From: Thermoproteota archaeon
Lineage (GTDB): Archaea; Thermoproteota; Methanomethylicia; Nezhaarchaeales; WYZ-LMO8
Assembly (NCBI GenBank): GCA_011605835.1
Contig: JAAOZJ010000130.1
Coordinates: 1-35,643 of the forward strand
Reading direction: 5' to 3'
DNA length: 35,643 nt
The first letter of the stretch is position 1; each line of letters starts with the position of its first letter. The notes beneath the pieces are model-generated. The model was not told the origin of the DNA. It saw only the letters and a list, made by a program, of their open reading frames with translations, and searched no databases. Positions 8,215-15,687 of the stretch are shown here, piece by piece. A program made the position numbers and the translations under genes.

Positions 8215-9660
8215 GTGTCTGGGGTGGCGGTGCCGCGCAACAAGAAGCACGAGAACTTCAGCGAGTGGTTTGAGCAGGTGACCCTCCACACCATGGTCTA
8301 CGACTACAGGTTCCCGGTCAAGGGCTGCGGCGTGTGGCCTGGATATGGATTCAAGCTCAGGAAGAACGTGCTCGACGTCATGAGGAGGTTGCTGGACGAG
8401 AGCGGCCACGAGGAGTGCCTCTTCCCGACCCTCATCCCCCAAAGCCTCTTGGGGAAAGAGGCGGAGCACATAAGGAGCTTTGAGGGCGAGGTCTTCTGGG
8501 TCACGAGAGGGGGCTTCACCGAGCTCGGGGAGAGGCTAGCCCTGAGGCCCACAAGCGAGACCGCGATAATGCCCATGTTGAAGTTGTGGATCAAGGACTA
8601 CAAGGACCTCCCGGTCAAGCTGTACCAAGTGGTGAGCGTGTTCAGGTGCGAGACGAAGGCGACCCACCCGATGATAAGGGTCAGGGAGGTCACGACGTTC
8701 AAGGAGGGGCACTCTGCCCACGCCACCTACGAGGACGCTGAGAGCCACGTCTGGAGCATGGTAGAGCTCTATAAGAGGTTCTTCGACGAGCTCTGCATAC
8801 CGTACTTGATATCGAGGAGGCCGGACTGGGACAAGTTCGCTGGCGCGGTCTACAGCATCGCGTTCGACACAGTCATGCCCGACGGGAGGGCGCTCCAGAT
8901 AGGGACCGTGCACCACTTGGGGCAGAACTTCTCGAAGGCGTTTGACGTCAAGTACCTGAAGCCAGATGGAAGCCACGAGTACGTCTGGACGACCAGCTAC
9001 GGCATATCCGAGCGGGTGGTAGCCGCCTTGATATCGATACATGGAGACGACCACGGTTTAGTGTTGCCGCCGAACGTGGCCCCGATACAGGTAGTAGTCA
9101 TACCGATACCCTACAAGGGCAGGGAGGCGGAGGTCTACGGCGAGGCCCGGAGGGCCTATGGCGAGCTCAAGGCGGCGGGCTTCAGGGTGGTGATAGACGA
9201 CAGACAGGACGCGACCCCGGGCTCCAAGTTCTACGAGTGGGAGCTCAAGGGGGTTCCCATAAGGGTCGAGATAGGGCCTCGCGACGTCGAGAGGGGGACG
9301 GTGACCCTCGTCAGGAGAGATTGTCTGACTAGGACGGCGTGCCCTTGGGGAGAGCTCGTAAACTATGTGAAGCAACTGGCAGAGAGGATCACGGTCGACC
9401 TGCGAGAGGCTGCGTGGAGGTACCTGAAGGAGAGGACCTTCAGGGTCAGGAGCCTCGAGGAGGTCGCGGAGCTCGTAAAGGCCAGAAGGGGAATAGTTGA
9501 GGTGCCGTGGTGCGGTCGCGGCGAGTGCGGGCTGACCCTCGAAGAGGGCTTGGAGGCTAAGATCCTGGGGACCGCCGTGGAGCCCGTGATGGTCGAGGGT
9601 CGGTGTGTCAACTGCGACCGAGAGGCCACGAAGCTGTTGAGGACGGCCAAGACCTACTAA
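8215..9660 (+). CDS. proS: Prolyl-tRNA synthetase (archaeal/eukaryal type)
   Basis: 481 aa. It starts NFSEWFEQV...[24 protein letters not shown] and has class-II motifs ([16 protein letters not shown]). The C-terminal Zn-like CGRGEC...CVNC domain is typical of archaeal ProRS. GTG start. Confidence 0.9.
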   Translation: MSGVAVPRNKKHENFSEWFEQVTLHTMVYDYRFPVKGCGVWPGYGFKLRKNVLDVMRRLLDESGHEECLFPTLIPQSLLGKEAEHIRSFEGEVFWVTRGGFTELGERLALRPTSETAIMPMLKLWIKDYKDLPVKLYQVVSVFRCETKATHPMIRVREVTTFKEGHSAHATYEDAESHVWSMVELYKRFFDELCIPYLISRRPDWDKFAGAVYSIAFDTVMPDGRALQIGTVHHLGQNFSKAFDVKYLKPDGSHEYVWTTSYGISERVVAALISIHGDDHGLVLPPNVAPIQVVVIPIPYKGREAEVYGEARRAYGELKAAGFRVVIDDRQDATPGSKFYEWELKGVPIRVEIGPRDVERGTVTLVRRDCLTRTACPWGELVNYVKQLAERITVDLREAAWRYLKERTFRVRSLEEVAELVKARRGIVEVPWCGRGECGLTLEEGLEAKILGTAVEPVMVEGRCVNCDREATKLLRTAKTY

Positions 9661-9723
9661 AGTCGATGCAAAACCCTTATAAGATAACGTCGTCCTTGCT
9701 CTAATAGCCGGAGCAAAGGGTTG

Positions 9724-10059
9724 ATGCGTGTGCCCAAGAAGAGGAAGAACAGGGGGAGGGCTAAGGGGGACAAGGGAAGGGACTCAATGGTCATGTGCGA
9801 CGGTTGCGGGAGGCCCGTTCCGAGGGGAAAGGCTATAAAGATCACGAAGTACGTCAGCTTCGTTGACCCTCAATTAAGGAAGGAGCTCGAGAACAAGGGC
9901 GTCCAGATAAGCAAGACCCTCGTGACCAAGTACTTGTGCGTGAGCTGCGCGATATTCCAAGGGATTAGGAAAGTGAGGGCCGAGGAGGAGAGGAAAGTGC
10001 TTCCAGGACAGGCCAAGACTAGGATAATCAGAGGCGTGGGGTGGAAGGGCCAGCAATAG
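9724..10059 (+). CDS. rps26e: 30S ribosomal protein eS26
   Basis: MRVPKKRKNRGRAKGDKGRDSMVMCDGCGRPVPRGKAIK...YLCVSCAI matches the eS26 signature (PKKRRN.GR.K.GRG...C..C...PKDKAI...C.SCA). The ATG at 9724 is preferred over the TTG at 9721. Confidence 0.85.
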   Translation: MRVPKKRKNRGRAKGDKGRDSMVMCDGCGRPVPRGKAIKITKYVSFVDPQLRKELENKGVQISKTLVTKYLCVSCAIFQGIRKVRAEEERKVLPGQAKTRIIRGVGWKGQQ

Positions 10060-10120
10060 CCCTTAGAAAGATGTGCCCCTAGAGGGCCTCTCTAAGTTCT
10101 ATGTTGTCAAGATCACCCGT

Positions 10121-11044
10121 ATGGTCGTCTACGATCTTGTAGCCATAGGCAACCCGGTGTACGATATCATAGAGACGCCATTTGTTAAGAGCATCGGCAG
10201 GGTCCTATCAGGCTGTAGCTTCAATGTAGCCTTTACCGCAAAGAGGTTGGGGATGAAGGAGGTCGCTTTGGTCGGTAGCATTGGAGGGGACTTCGAGGAG
10301 CGATTTCTCAAAACTCTGAGGAGGATTGGCCTACACTTCATAAAGGCCGGGGACGCGGATGAGACTGCTGGCTTCAGGCTCAGGTACCTCAGCTACGGGG
10401 ACAGAGAGCTGGAGGTCCTAGGCTTCGGCGGAGAGGTCTCGATGAAAAGGGTCCCTCAAGAGGTATTCAACACGAGTGCCGTCGTCGTGGGCCCAGTCCT
10501 AGGCGAAGTGGGGATCGAGGTCCCATCGACCTTCAGGAAGAGGGGATCGGTCGTTTTCCTCGACCCACAGGGCTATCTTCGCAGAGTGAGGGGGAGGGTC
10601 GTCGAGTACCACAGCAACCCCGAGGCCCTCGAGGCCTGCCGCGAGAGCTACTTGGTGAAGCCCAACGAGCTTGAGGCGAGGCTCCTCTCCGGGTTCGACG
10701 AGCCCCTGAAGGCCGCCGTGTCGATACATCAGAAGGCCGGGGCCGTAACGGCCCTAACGCTGGCCGAAAGAGGGTCAGTGATAGTCAGCGGCAAGAGGGC
10801 GATCCTAGTCCCGGCCTACCCAACGCACGTCGTGGACCCTACCGGGGCTGGCGACGTGTACTTGGGCGCCCTAGCCTATTACATACGCAATGGGCTGAGC
10901 CTAGAAGACGCGGCCTCGTACGCCTCGGCGATAGCGTCCCTGAAGGTCGAGGGCATCGCCGCCTACTTCAACCTCGACTTGGAAAAGGTCGTCAGGCGAG
11001 CTCGATGGATAAGGAGCAGGGTCAAGGTCAAGAGGTTGAAGTGA
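10121..11044 (+). CDS. PfkB-family carbohydrate/nucleoside kinase
   Basis: From ATG 10121 the protein begins MVVYDLVAIGNPVYD (N-terminal GxG-like sheet). The C-terminal region has DPTGAGDVYLGAL, the PfkB signature 2. Substrate is not assignable. Confidence 0.8.
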   Translation: MVVYDLVAIGNPVYDIIETPFVKSIGRVLSGCSFNVAFTAKRLGMKEVALVGSIGGDFEERFLKTLRRIGLHFIKAGDADETAGFRLRYLSYGDRELEVLGFGGEVSMKRVPQEVFNTSAVVVGPVLGEVGIEVPSTFRKRGSVVFLDPQGYLRRVRGRVVEYHSNPEALEACRESYLVKPNELEARLLSGFDEPLKAAVSIHQKAGAVTALTLAERGSVIVSGKRAILVPAYPTHVVDPTGAGDVYLGALAYYIRNGLSLEDAASYASAIASLKVEGIAAYFNLDLEKVVRRARWIRSRVKVKRLK

Positions 11045-11047
11045 TTC

Positions 11048-11212
11048 TCACATCAGAGGCCACTCGTGGCCGCACCTAGGGCACCTAGCGTACTGACAGC
11101 CTATTGCCGAGGAGGGGCAACCCCCGCAGGCGAAGGTCCTGGCATATGATAAGTCGAACTCGTAGCCGCACTTAGGGCACCTAATGATCCTCGTGGAGGC
11201 CCTCATCTTCAT
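11048..11212 (-). CDS. Small zinc-ribbon protein (54 aa), below the ORF-track size cut-off
   Basis: My translation is MKMRASTRIIRCPKCGYEFDLSYARTFACGGCPSSAIGCQYARCPRCGHEWPLM. It has three CxxC pairs. A GGAGGAG lies 8-14 nt upstream of the ATG. The ORF fills an otherwise empty 240-nt gap. Confidence 0.45.
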   Translation of the reverse strand: MKMRASTRIIRCPKCGYEFDLSYARTFACGGCPSSAIGCQYARCPRCGHEWPLM

Positions 11213-11286
11213 CTTGATATCTCCTCCTCTAGACAGTGCTAGAAGCCCTTTAAAAACGGTTCTACGGAAGATAGTTTAGGTGGGCC

Positions 11287-12096
11287 TTGAGCTTGCTCAG
11301 CTCAGTAGCCCTCGCCAAGGTAATCCTCTGCGCCGCGGCCCTCGGGCTGGCGTCCGTTCAGGACTGGAGGACCAGAGAGGTCGGCGACACCATTTGGCTG
11401 GTGATGGGTTGCTGTGGGGCGGCGTTGAGCGCTCTAGAGCTCTTGATCAACTTTTCCTACTTCCGCCTCGCGGCCTTGGCCCTGTCGGCGGCGCTCTGCT
11501 TCGCACTCGGCCTCGGGCTGTACTACTTGGGCTTCTTCGGGGGCGCGGACGCGAAGTGCTTGTGGTGCTTAGGGGCTACCTTGCCGTCCAACCCGCTGGA
11601 GAAGCTGGGGCTCAGCCCCCTAGGCCCCCAGAACCCGATATTCTCGATATCAATATTTAACAACTCCGTTTTGACTGCTGCCTTCCTAGCCTTGGGCATC
11701 GCGCTCTTGAACGCCACCAAGAGAGCTAAGGGCCCGCTCTTCACCAATGAGGAGAGGAGCTTCTGGAAGCGCCTCGTCGCGGTTGTGATGGGTTACAAGG
11801 TTAGTGTCTCTAAGGTCCTTGAGAGGAGGGACTTCTACTTCCCCTTGGAGGAGTTCGCCATCAAGGGAGGAGAGGTCGAAAGGAGGTTCAAGCTCTCGAC
11901 TAAGGTCACGGACAGCGACCCCTACGCGGTGCTGGAGAAGCTGGTGAAGGAGGGATTAATGAGAGGGGACGAGGAGATCTGGGTCTCGCCAGCGATACCG
12001 CTCATCGTGAATATAACTTTGGGCTTCTTTGTATCCCTGCTCTACGGCGACCTAGTGCTGGCCATAATAGAGAGCCTCTTGGCTCCCACGCTATAG
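11287..12096 (+). CDS. A24-family aspartic peptidase (prepilin/preflagellin peptidase, FlaK/PibD-like)
   Basis: 269 aa polytopic membrane protein. The two catalytic-Asp contexts are QDWRTREVGD and GFFGGADAKCL (GxGD-type). It also has a soluble C-terminal insert as in FlaK. TTG start ~30 nt downstream of CCTTTAAAAAC. Confidence 0.7.
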   Translation: MSLLSSVALAKVILCAAALGLASVQDWRTREVGDTIWLVMGCCGAALSALELLINFSYFRLAALALSAALCFALGLGLYYLGFFGGADAKCLWCLGATLPSNPLEKLGLSPLGPQNPIFSISIFNNSVLTAAFLALGIALLNATKRAKGPLFTNEERSFWKRLVAVVMGYKVSVSKVLERRDFYFPLEEFAIKGGEVERRFKLSTKVTDSDPYAVLEKLVKEGLMRGDEEIWVSPAIPLIVNITLGFFVSLLYGDLVLAIIESLLAPTL

Positions 12097-12105
12097 CTGG
12101 GAGCA

Positions 12106-12470
12106 GGTTTCTCCAAAGCAATTCCTTGCAGTAATTATGAATACCTACAAGGACGCCCTAGGGGTCCCTCACGTTGGATCAGACCTTCATTCCCTTGCTC
12201 GCTAGGCCATCAAGACTCCACGTAACCCGAAAGCCCCTCATCTGCTCTTTGCCTTTCTTTTTTGTTCGGGCAAACCGTCATGATGACGGTTGCGTGCTCC
12301 TCATCGTTTCTCGTGGGCTCTCGCAGGTTCGTGGTTTAAATGACAGATGGGTTATAGGTGTTGTGGAAGCCGACTTCTTCCCCACCTTGAAAGGCGAGGC
12401 TTTCAGTTGTAAAAGCGAGTTACCACGTCTTTGCAGTTATTTATCGGGGCGGTTCGGCGTTTTATCTGAA
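12106..12470. repeat. Non-coding repeat element, copy A (homologous to 34424-34761)
   Basis: It shares ordered identical cores with copy B: GGTTTCTC, GCAAT, AGGCCATCA, CTCCACGTAACCC (12216-12228), AAAGCCCCTCA, CGGTTGCG, CCTCATCG, GTGGTT, GTGTTG, CCACGTCTTTGCA (12423-12435), TATTTA, TTTATCT. The intervening indels are not multiples of 3. Confidence 0.7.
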
Positions 12471-13475
12471 ACTCGTAAGGGCCTCCCTCGCGCGCCTAGC
12501 AACCTCTCGAGCGACGTCCACGGTCTTGGCCGTGCCGCCCATGTCCGGTGTCAGCACCCTGCCCTCCGCTATTAGCTCATCGACGGCCACCTCTATCGCT
12601 CTCGCCCTCTTGGCATCCCCCAAGTAGCTTAACATCATCGCCGCCGAGAGTATGGAGGCTATGGGGTTAGCAACGCCCTTGCCAGCTATGTCGGGAGCGG
12701 TCCCGTGAACCGGCTCGAACATCGCGTAGCCGTCGCCTATGTTCGCCGAAGGGGCGAGCCCTAGGCTCCCCACGACCCCCGCCGCGACGTCCGAGAGTAT
12801 GTCGCCGAACATGTTCGGCGTCACGAGGACGTCTAGGGTCTCGGGGGCCACCACTATCCTGTAGGCGGCTGAGTCGACGACGATCTCCTCGGCTTGGATC
12901 TCGGGGTAGAGCTTTGCGACCTCGAAGAAGGCGGAGCGAAAGAGGCCGCACGACTCCTTCATCACGTTGGCCTTGTGGACGACCGCGACCTTCCTCCTGC
13001 CCTCCCTCTTGGCCAACTCGAAGGCGAATCTCGCTATCCTCTTGGAGGCCCTCTCGCTCACGACCCTGAGGGTTATGGCCGTGGAGCCCAGCCTGTACTC
13101 TATGCCAGAGTACAGGTCCTCGGTGTTCTCCCTCACTATGACCATGTCGATCTTCTTGGATGCTTTGCCGAAGCTCTTGAACGGCCTGACGTTGGCGTAG
13201 AGGTCCAGCGTCTGCCTCAGCATCACCGTGACCGACCTGTAGGAGTCGGTGCCTGGGGGCGTCATCAGCGGTCCCTTGAGCACGCACCTACAGCTCCTTA
13301 TTACGTCTAGGGCGCCGTCCTCCATCGGCTTGCCAGTCCTCCTCCAGTACTCGTAGCCAGCCTTTACCTCCACGTACTCAGCATCGAAGTCCAGCGCCTC
13401 GAGGACCTCGAGAGCCGCCTTTATGACCTCGGGACCTACACCGTCGCCGTAGATGAGAGCTATCTTAAAGCTCAA
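12462..13475 (-). CDS. 3-isopropylmalate / homoisocitrate dehydrogenase family protein (LeuB-type beta-decarboxylating dehydrogenase)
   Basis: A TTG at 13475 is preceded by GGAGG 8 nt upstream and gives MSFKIALIYGDGVGPEV. VRENTEDLYSG and GSLGLAPSANIG motifs are present. The ~337 aa length fits LeuB/HICDH rather than the longer ICDH. Confidence 0.8.
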   Translation of the reverse strand: MSFKIALIYGDGVGPEVIKAALEVLEALDFDAEYVEVKAGYEYWRRTGKPMEDGALDVIRSCRCVLKGPLMTPPGTDSYRSVTVMLRQTLDLYANVRPFKSFGKASKKIDMVIVRENTEDLYSGIEYRLGSTAITLRVVSERASKRIARFAFELAKREGRRKVAVVHKANVMKESCGLFRSAFFEVAKLYPEIQAEEIVVDSAAYRIVVAPETLDVLVTPNMFGDILSDVAAGVVGSLGLAPSANIGDGYAMFEPVHGTAPDIAGKGVANPIASILSAAMMLSYLGDAKRARAIEVAVDELIAEGRVLTPDMGGTAKTVDVAREVARRAREALTSFR

Positions 13476-13517
13476 TAGCGAGGACCTCCGATAAGGCTTA
13501 GAAGTAGGTGCTCGCAC

Positions 13518-14483
13518 GTGAAATTTAAGGATTTATGCGAAGAGCTCGACAAGGTCTTGAGGCTCGACGTCGGCTTCAGAGGGATAGTCGACAAGCTTTA
13601 CTACGCGGCCAGGTCTCTAGTCGGCTCGCCCCTTGTCGAGGCCGCGGCTAGGTTGATCAGTGAAGTAGAGCGCGAGCAAGTGATGGTAGTCACGGGGTTT
13701 AAGGTCTTGCCGAGAATGGTTCAAGAGACTGACGGCCCTCCCGGAGTGCTGGTCTTGGCCAAGACCCTCGCGGATCTGGGACTTGAAGTCTCCCTCGCCA
13801 TAGAGGAGGACTCCGTAGAGGTCTTGAAGGCTGGCGCTGAGATCATCGATTTAGAGTGCCAGATCGTCTCTTTGCCGATAAATCGCCCATTGACTGACTA
13901 CTCCCGCGAGCTATTCGAGCTGCGCAAGCCCGCGCTACTCGTCTTCGTCGAGAAGGCAGGTGCAAACGACGTAGGAGTCTATCACACCATGTTTGGCGTT
14001 GACATCAGTAAGTACCACTCTAGGGCCGAGAACCTCTTAGAAGAAGCACGTAAGATCGGTACTAAGACAATCGCCATAGGCGACGGCGGCAATGAGGTAG
14101 GGTTCGGTGCAATAAAGGACGCCGTGAGGGCGTTCGTCCCTCGAGGGAGGGACTGCGGGTGCCCCTGTCGAGGAGGAATCGCGGCGTCCTCTAAAGCTGA
14201 CATAATCGTCGCCTCATCGATATCCAATGTCGGTTGCTATGCAGTCTCCTGCGCGCTCTCCGCGCTCCATCGCCTCAAATGGCATCACGACCGCAACACG
14301 GAGCTCAAGCTCCTAAGGGCGATGATTGATGCTGGCGCGGTCGACGGGCTCAGCGGCGAGGGCATCATGAGGGTCGACGGCGTGCCCGTCGAGGTCTCCG
14401 CGTCGTTAGTAGATCTAATGTCCTACATGACCGCCGAGCACTCGAAGAGGGCGGAGGGCCAAGGATATCGGGACGAGGCCTAG
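13518..14483 (+). CDS. DUF4392-like protein (D-glutamate cyclase-like fold family)
   Basis: 321 aa. The QETDGPPG and IAIGDGGNEVGFG motifs recall the DUF4392 family. This assignment is from memory and needs an HMM check. Confidence 0.5.
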   Translation: MKFKDLCEELDKVLRLDVGFRGIVDKLYYAARSLVGSPLVEAAARLISEVEREQVMVVTGFKVLPRMVQETDGPPGVLVLAKTLADLGLEVSLAIEEDSVEVLKAGAEIIDLECQIVSLPINRPLTDYSRELFELRKPALLVFVEKAGANDVGVYHTMFGVDISKYHSRAENLLEEARKIGTKTIAIGDGGNEVGFGAIKDAVRAFVPRGRDCGCPCRGGIAASSKADIIVASSISNVGCYAVSCALSALHRLKWHHDRNTELKLLRAMIDAGAVDGLSGEGIMRVDGVPVEVSASLVDLMSYMTAEHSKRAEGQGYRDEA

Positions 14484-14969
14484 AGAGACGTACACCCCCT
14501 CTACTGACTTCAAGCACTCGTCGACTTCCTCGAAGGGCATAAGCGCCAAATGCGATCGACACGTACAGTCGCTACACCCAAACCCTTCGACAGGTTCGGC
14601 GATGGAGTTAATGGCCGACGCGATTACGCACTCAAACACCTTCTCCGCTTGAGAGGCTACCACCCCAACCACCATTGAAGAGTCCGACGAAGTGAGGTAG
14701 TCTATGTGCCACCTCAGCTTCTTGCGCCTGCCGAGGTGCCTCGAGACCCTACCTCTTAGGCTCAGGGCGCCTCGACCCAGGCCGGAGCCCGTGTAGGCGT
14801 AGAGGCCCCTCTTCATCCTCACAGAGCCCAGCGAGCCCACATCTATAACCTCATCCTCCACGAGGAGAATCACTACCGTGTAGACGCCTCTCTCCGGCAG
14901 TAGGCCGAGGGAGGGCTCGTCTAGCCTGTCTACATCACCCGCGGAGTCAGAACCCGAGTTACAAGTCAT
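14415..14969 (-). CDS. DUF123 / GIY-YIG-superfamily (Uri-like) nuclease-domain protein
   Basis: GVYTVVILL...GLYAYTGSGLG...RVSRHLGRRKKLRWHIDYL...CSDCTCRSHL matches the DUF123 pattern (GxYxYvGSa...RH...K..WHIDYL...C.C.SHL). The 3' end overlaps the convergent DUF4392-like gene by 69 nt. Confidence 0.65.
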   Translation of the reverse strand: MTCNSGSDSAGDVDRLDEPSLGLLPERGVYTVVILLVEDEVIDVGSLGSVRMKRGLYAYTGSGLGRGALSLRGRVSRHLGRRKKLRWHIDYLTSSDSSMVVGVVASQAEKVFECVIASAINSIAEPVEGFGCSDCTCRSHLALMPFEEVDECLKSVEGVYVSLGLVPISLALRPLRVLGGHVGH

Positions 14970-15049
14970 TGCCCCAACTTGTCTAGGGCTTCAGAGGGCG
15001 AATTAACCTTTTGCGCAACAATATAAGGCCGAGGCGCTAGAGCTCTGCC

Positions 15050-15113
15050 GAGGGCTGTGATCGAGGGTTCAAAGCGCTGAGGACTGATGAAGCCGACTAC
15101 ACCGTGAGCCCTC
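15050..15113 (+). ncRNA. Candidate C/D box sRNA (2'-O-methylation guide)
   Basis: The layout is GAGGGC-U-GUGAUCGA(C)-12 nt-CUGA(D')-GGA-CUGAUGA(C')-12 nt-CGUGA(D)-GCCCUC. It has a perfect 6-bp terminal stem and both spacers are exactly 12 nt. AATATAAG lies ~25 nt upstream. The C and D boxes each carry one extra nucleotide (C and G) that can pair with each other. Confidence 0.55.
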
Positions 15114-15177
15114 GAAACCTTTAAGGTTAAGCGCCTGAAGTGCTTATTTGAGGCTAGTTGGTCGAGGAGGAAACTTG

Positions 15178-15687
15178 ATGTCCAAATCCAAGGGCCAGAA
15201 GAAGCAAGAGGCTGGCGACGAGAAGTCCATACTCATACACTCGGAGAGAGGCAATATCAAGAGGGTCGTGGAGATCGAGGGCCCTCTCCACGAGGCTGTC
15301 AAGAAGGCCGCTTTTGAGGCCCTACAGTTGTGGAACCCTGAGACCTCGGACTTCGTGGTGATGAAGGACAGCTACACCAAGACCCTTAAGCTACCGCTGT
15401 CGAAGGAGGAGTACGAGTTCTACTCGAGGTTCGAGCTACGGAGGAGCTCTAAGGAGGCCGAGGCCATCATACCCATATACATAGCATCCTTCAACAATGA
15501 GTGGAGGGAGACGGACTACTACGACAACGAGATATTCATAATAGCCCCGAAGTTGCCTCCTGAGGACCTAGAGGAGCTCAAGAGGAGAGCGATGATAGCC
15601 ACCTCAGAGGAGCAGCTCGAGGTAAGCGACCTAGGCGGGCTCGAGGAGGACCTAGAGGAGCTCGAAGAGAAAGAGGAGGAAGAGTAG
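15178..15687 (+). CDS. Hypothetical protein with a strongly acidic C-terminal tail
   Basis: The ATG at 15178 is preceded by GGAGGA 9-14 nt upstream. 169 aa ending ...EVSDLGGLEEDLEELEEKEEEE. I recognise no family. The stop abuts the polB stop (convergent). Confidence 0.55.
   Translation: MSKSKGQKKQEAGDEKSILIHSERGNIKRVVEIEGPLHEAVKKAAFEALQLWNPETSDFVVMKDSYTKTLKLPLSKEEYEFYSRFELRRSSKEAEAIIPIYIASFNNEWRETDYYDNEIFIIAPKLPPEDLEELKRRAMIATSEEQLEVSDLGGLEEDLEELEEKEEEE

Noticed and set aside
12270-12295. ATGATGA inside the palindrome AACCGTCATGATGACGGTT of repeat copy A as a C box of a C/D sRNA
   Set aside because: There is no CUGA D or D' box at the required spacing on either strand. The palindrome is not conserved in copy B (TAGTCATCGATTCTGCGG).
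12174-12575. 133-aa plus-strand ORF running through repeat copy A into the 3' end of the dehydrogenase gene
   Set aside because: It has no recognisable protein features. In the homologous copy B the same frame hits a stop (TGA near 34683) and is broken by a 5-nt length difference. Its 3' part is antisense to a well-supported CDS.
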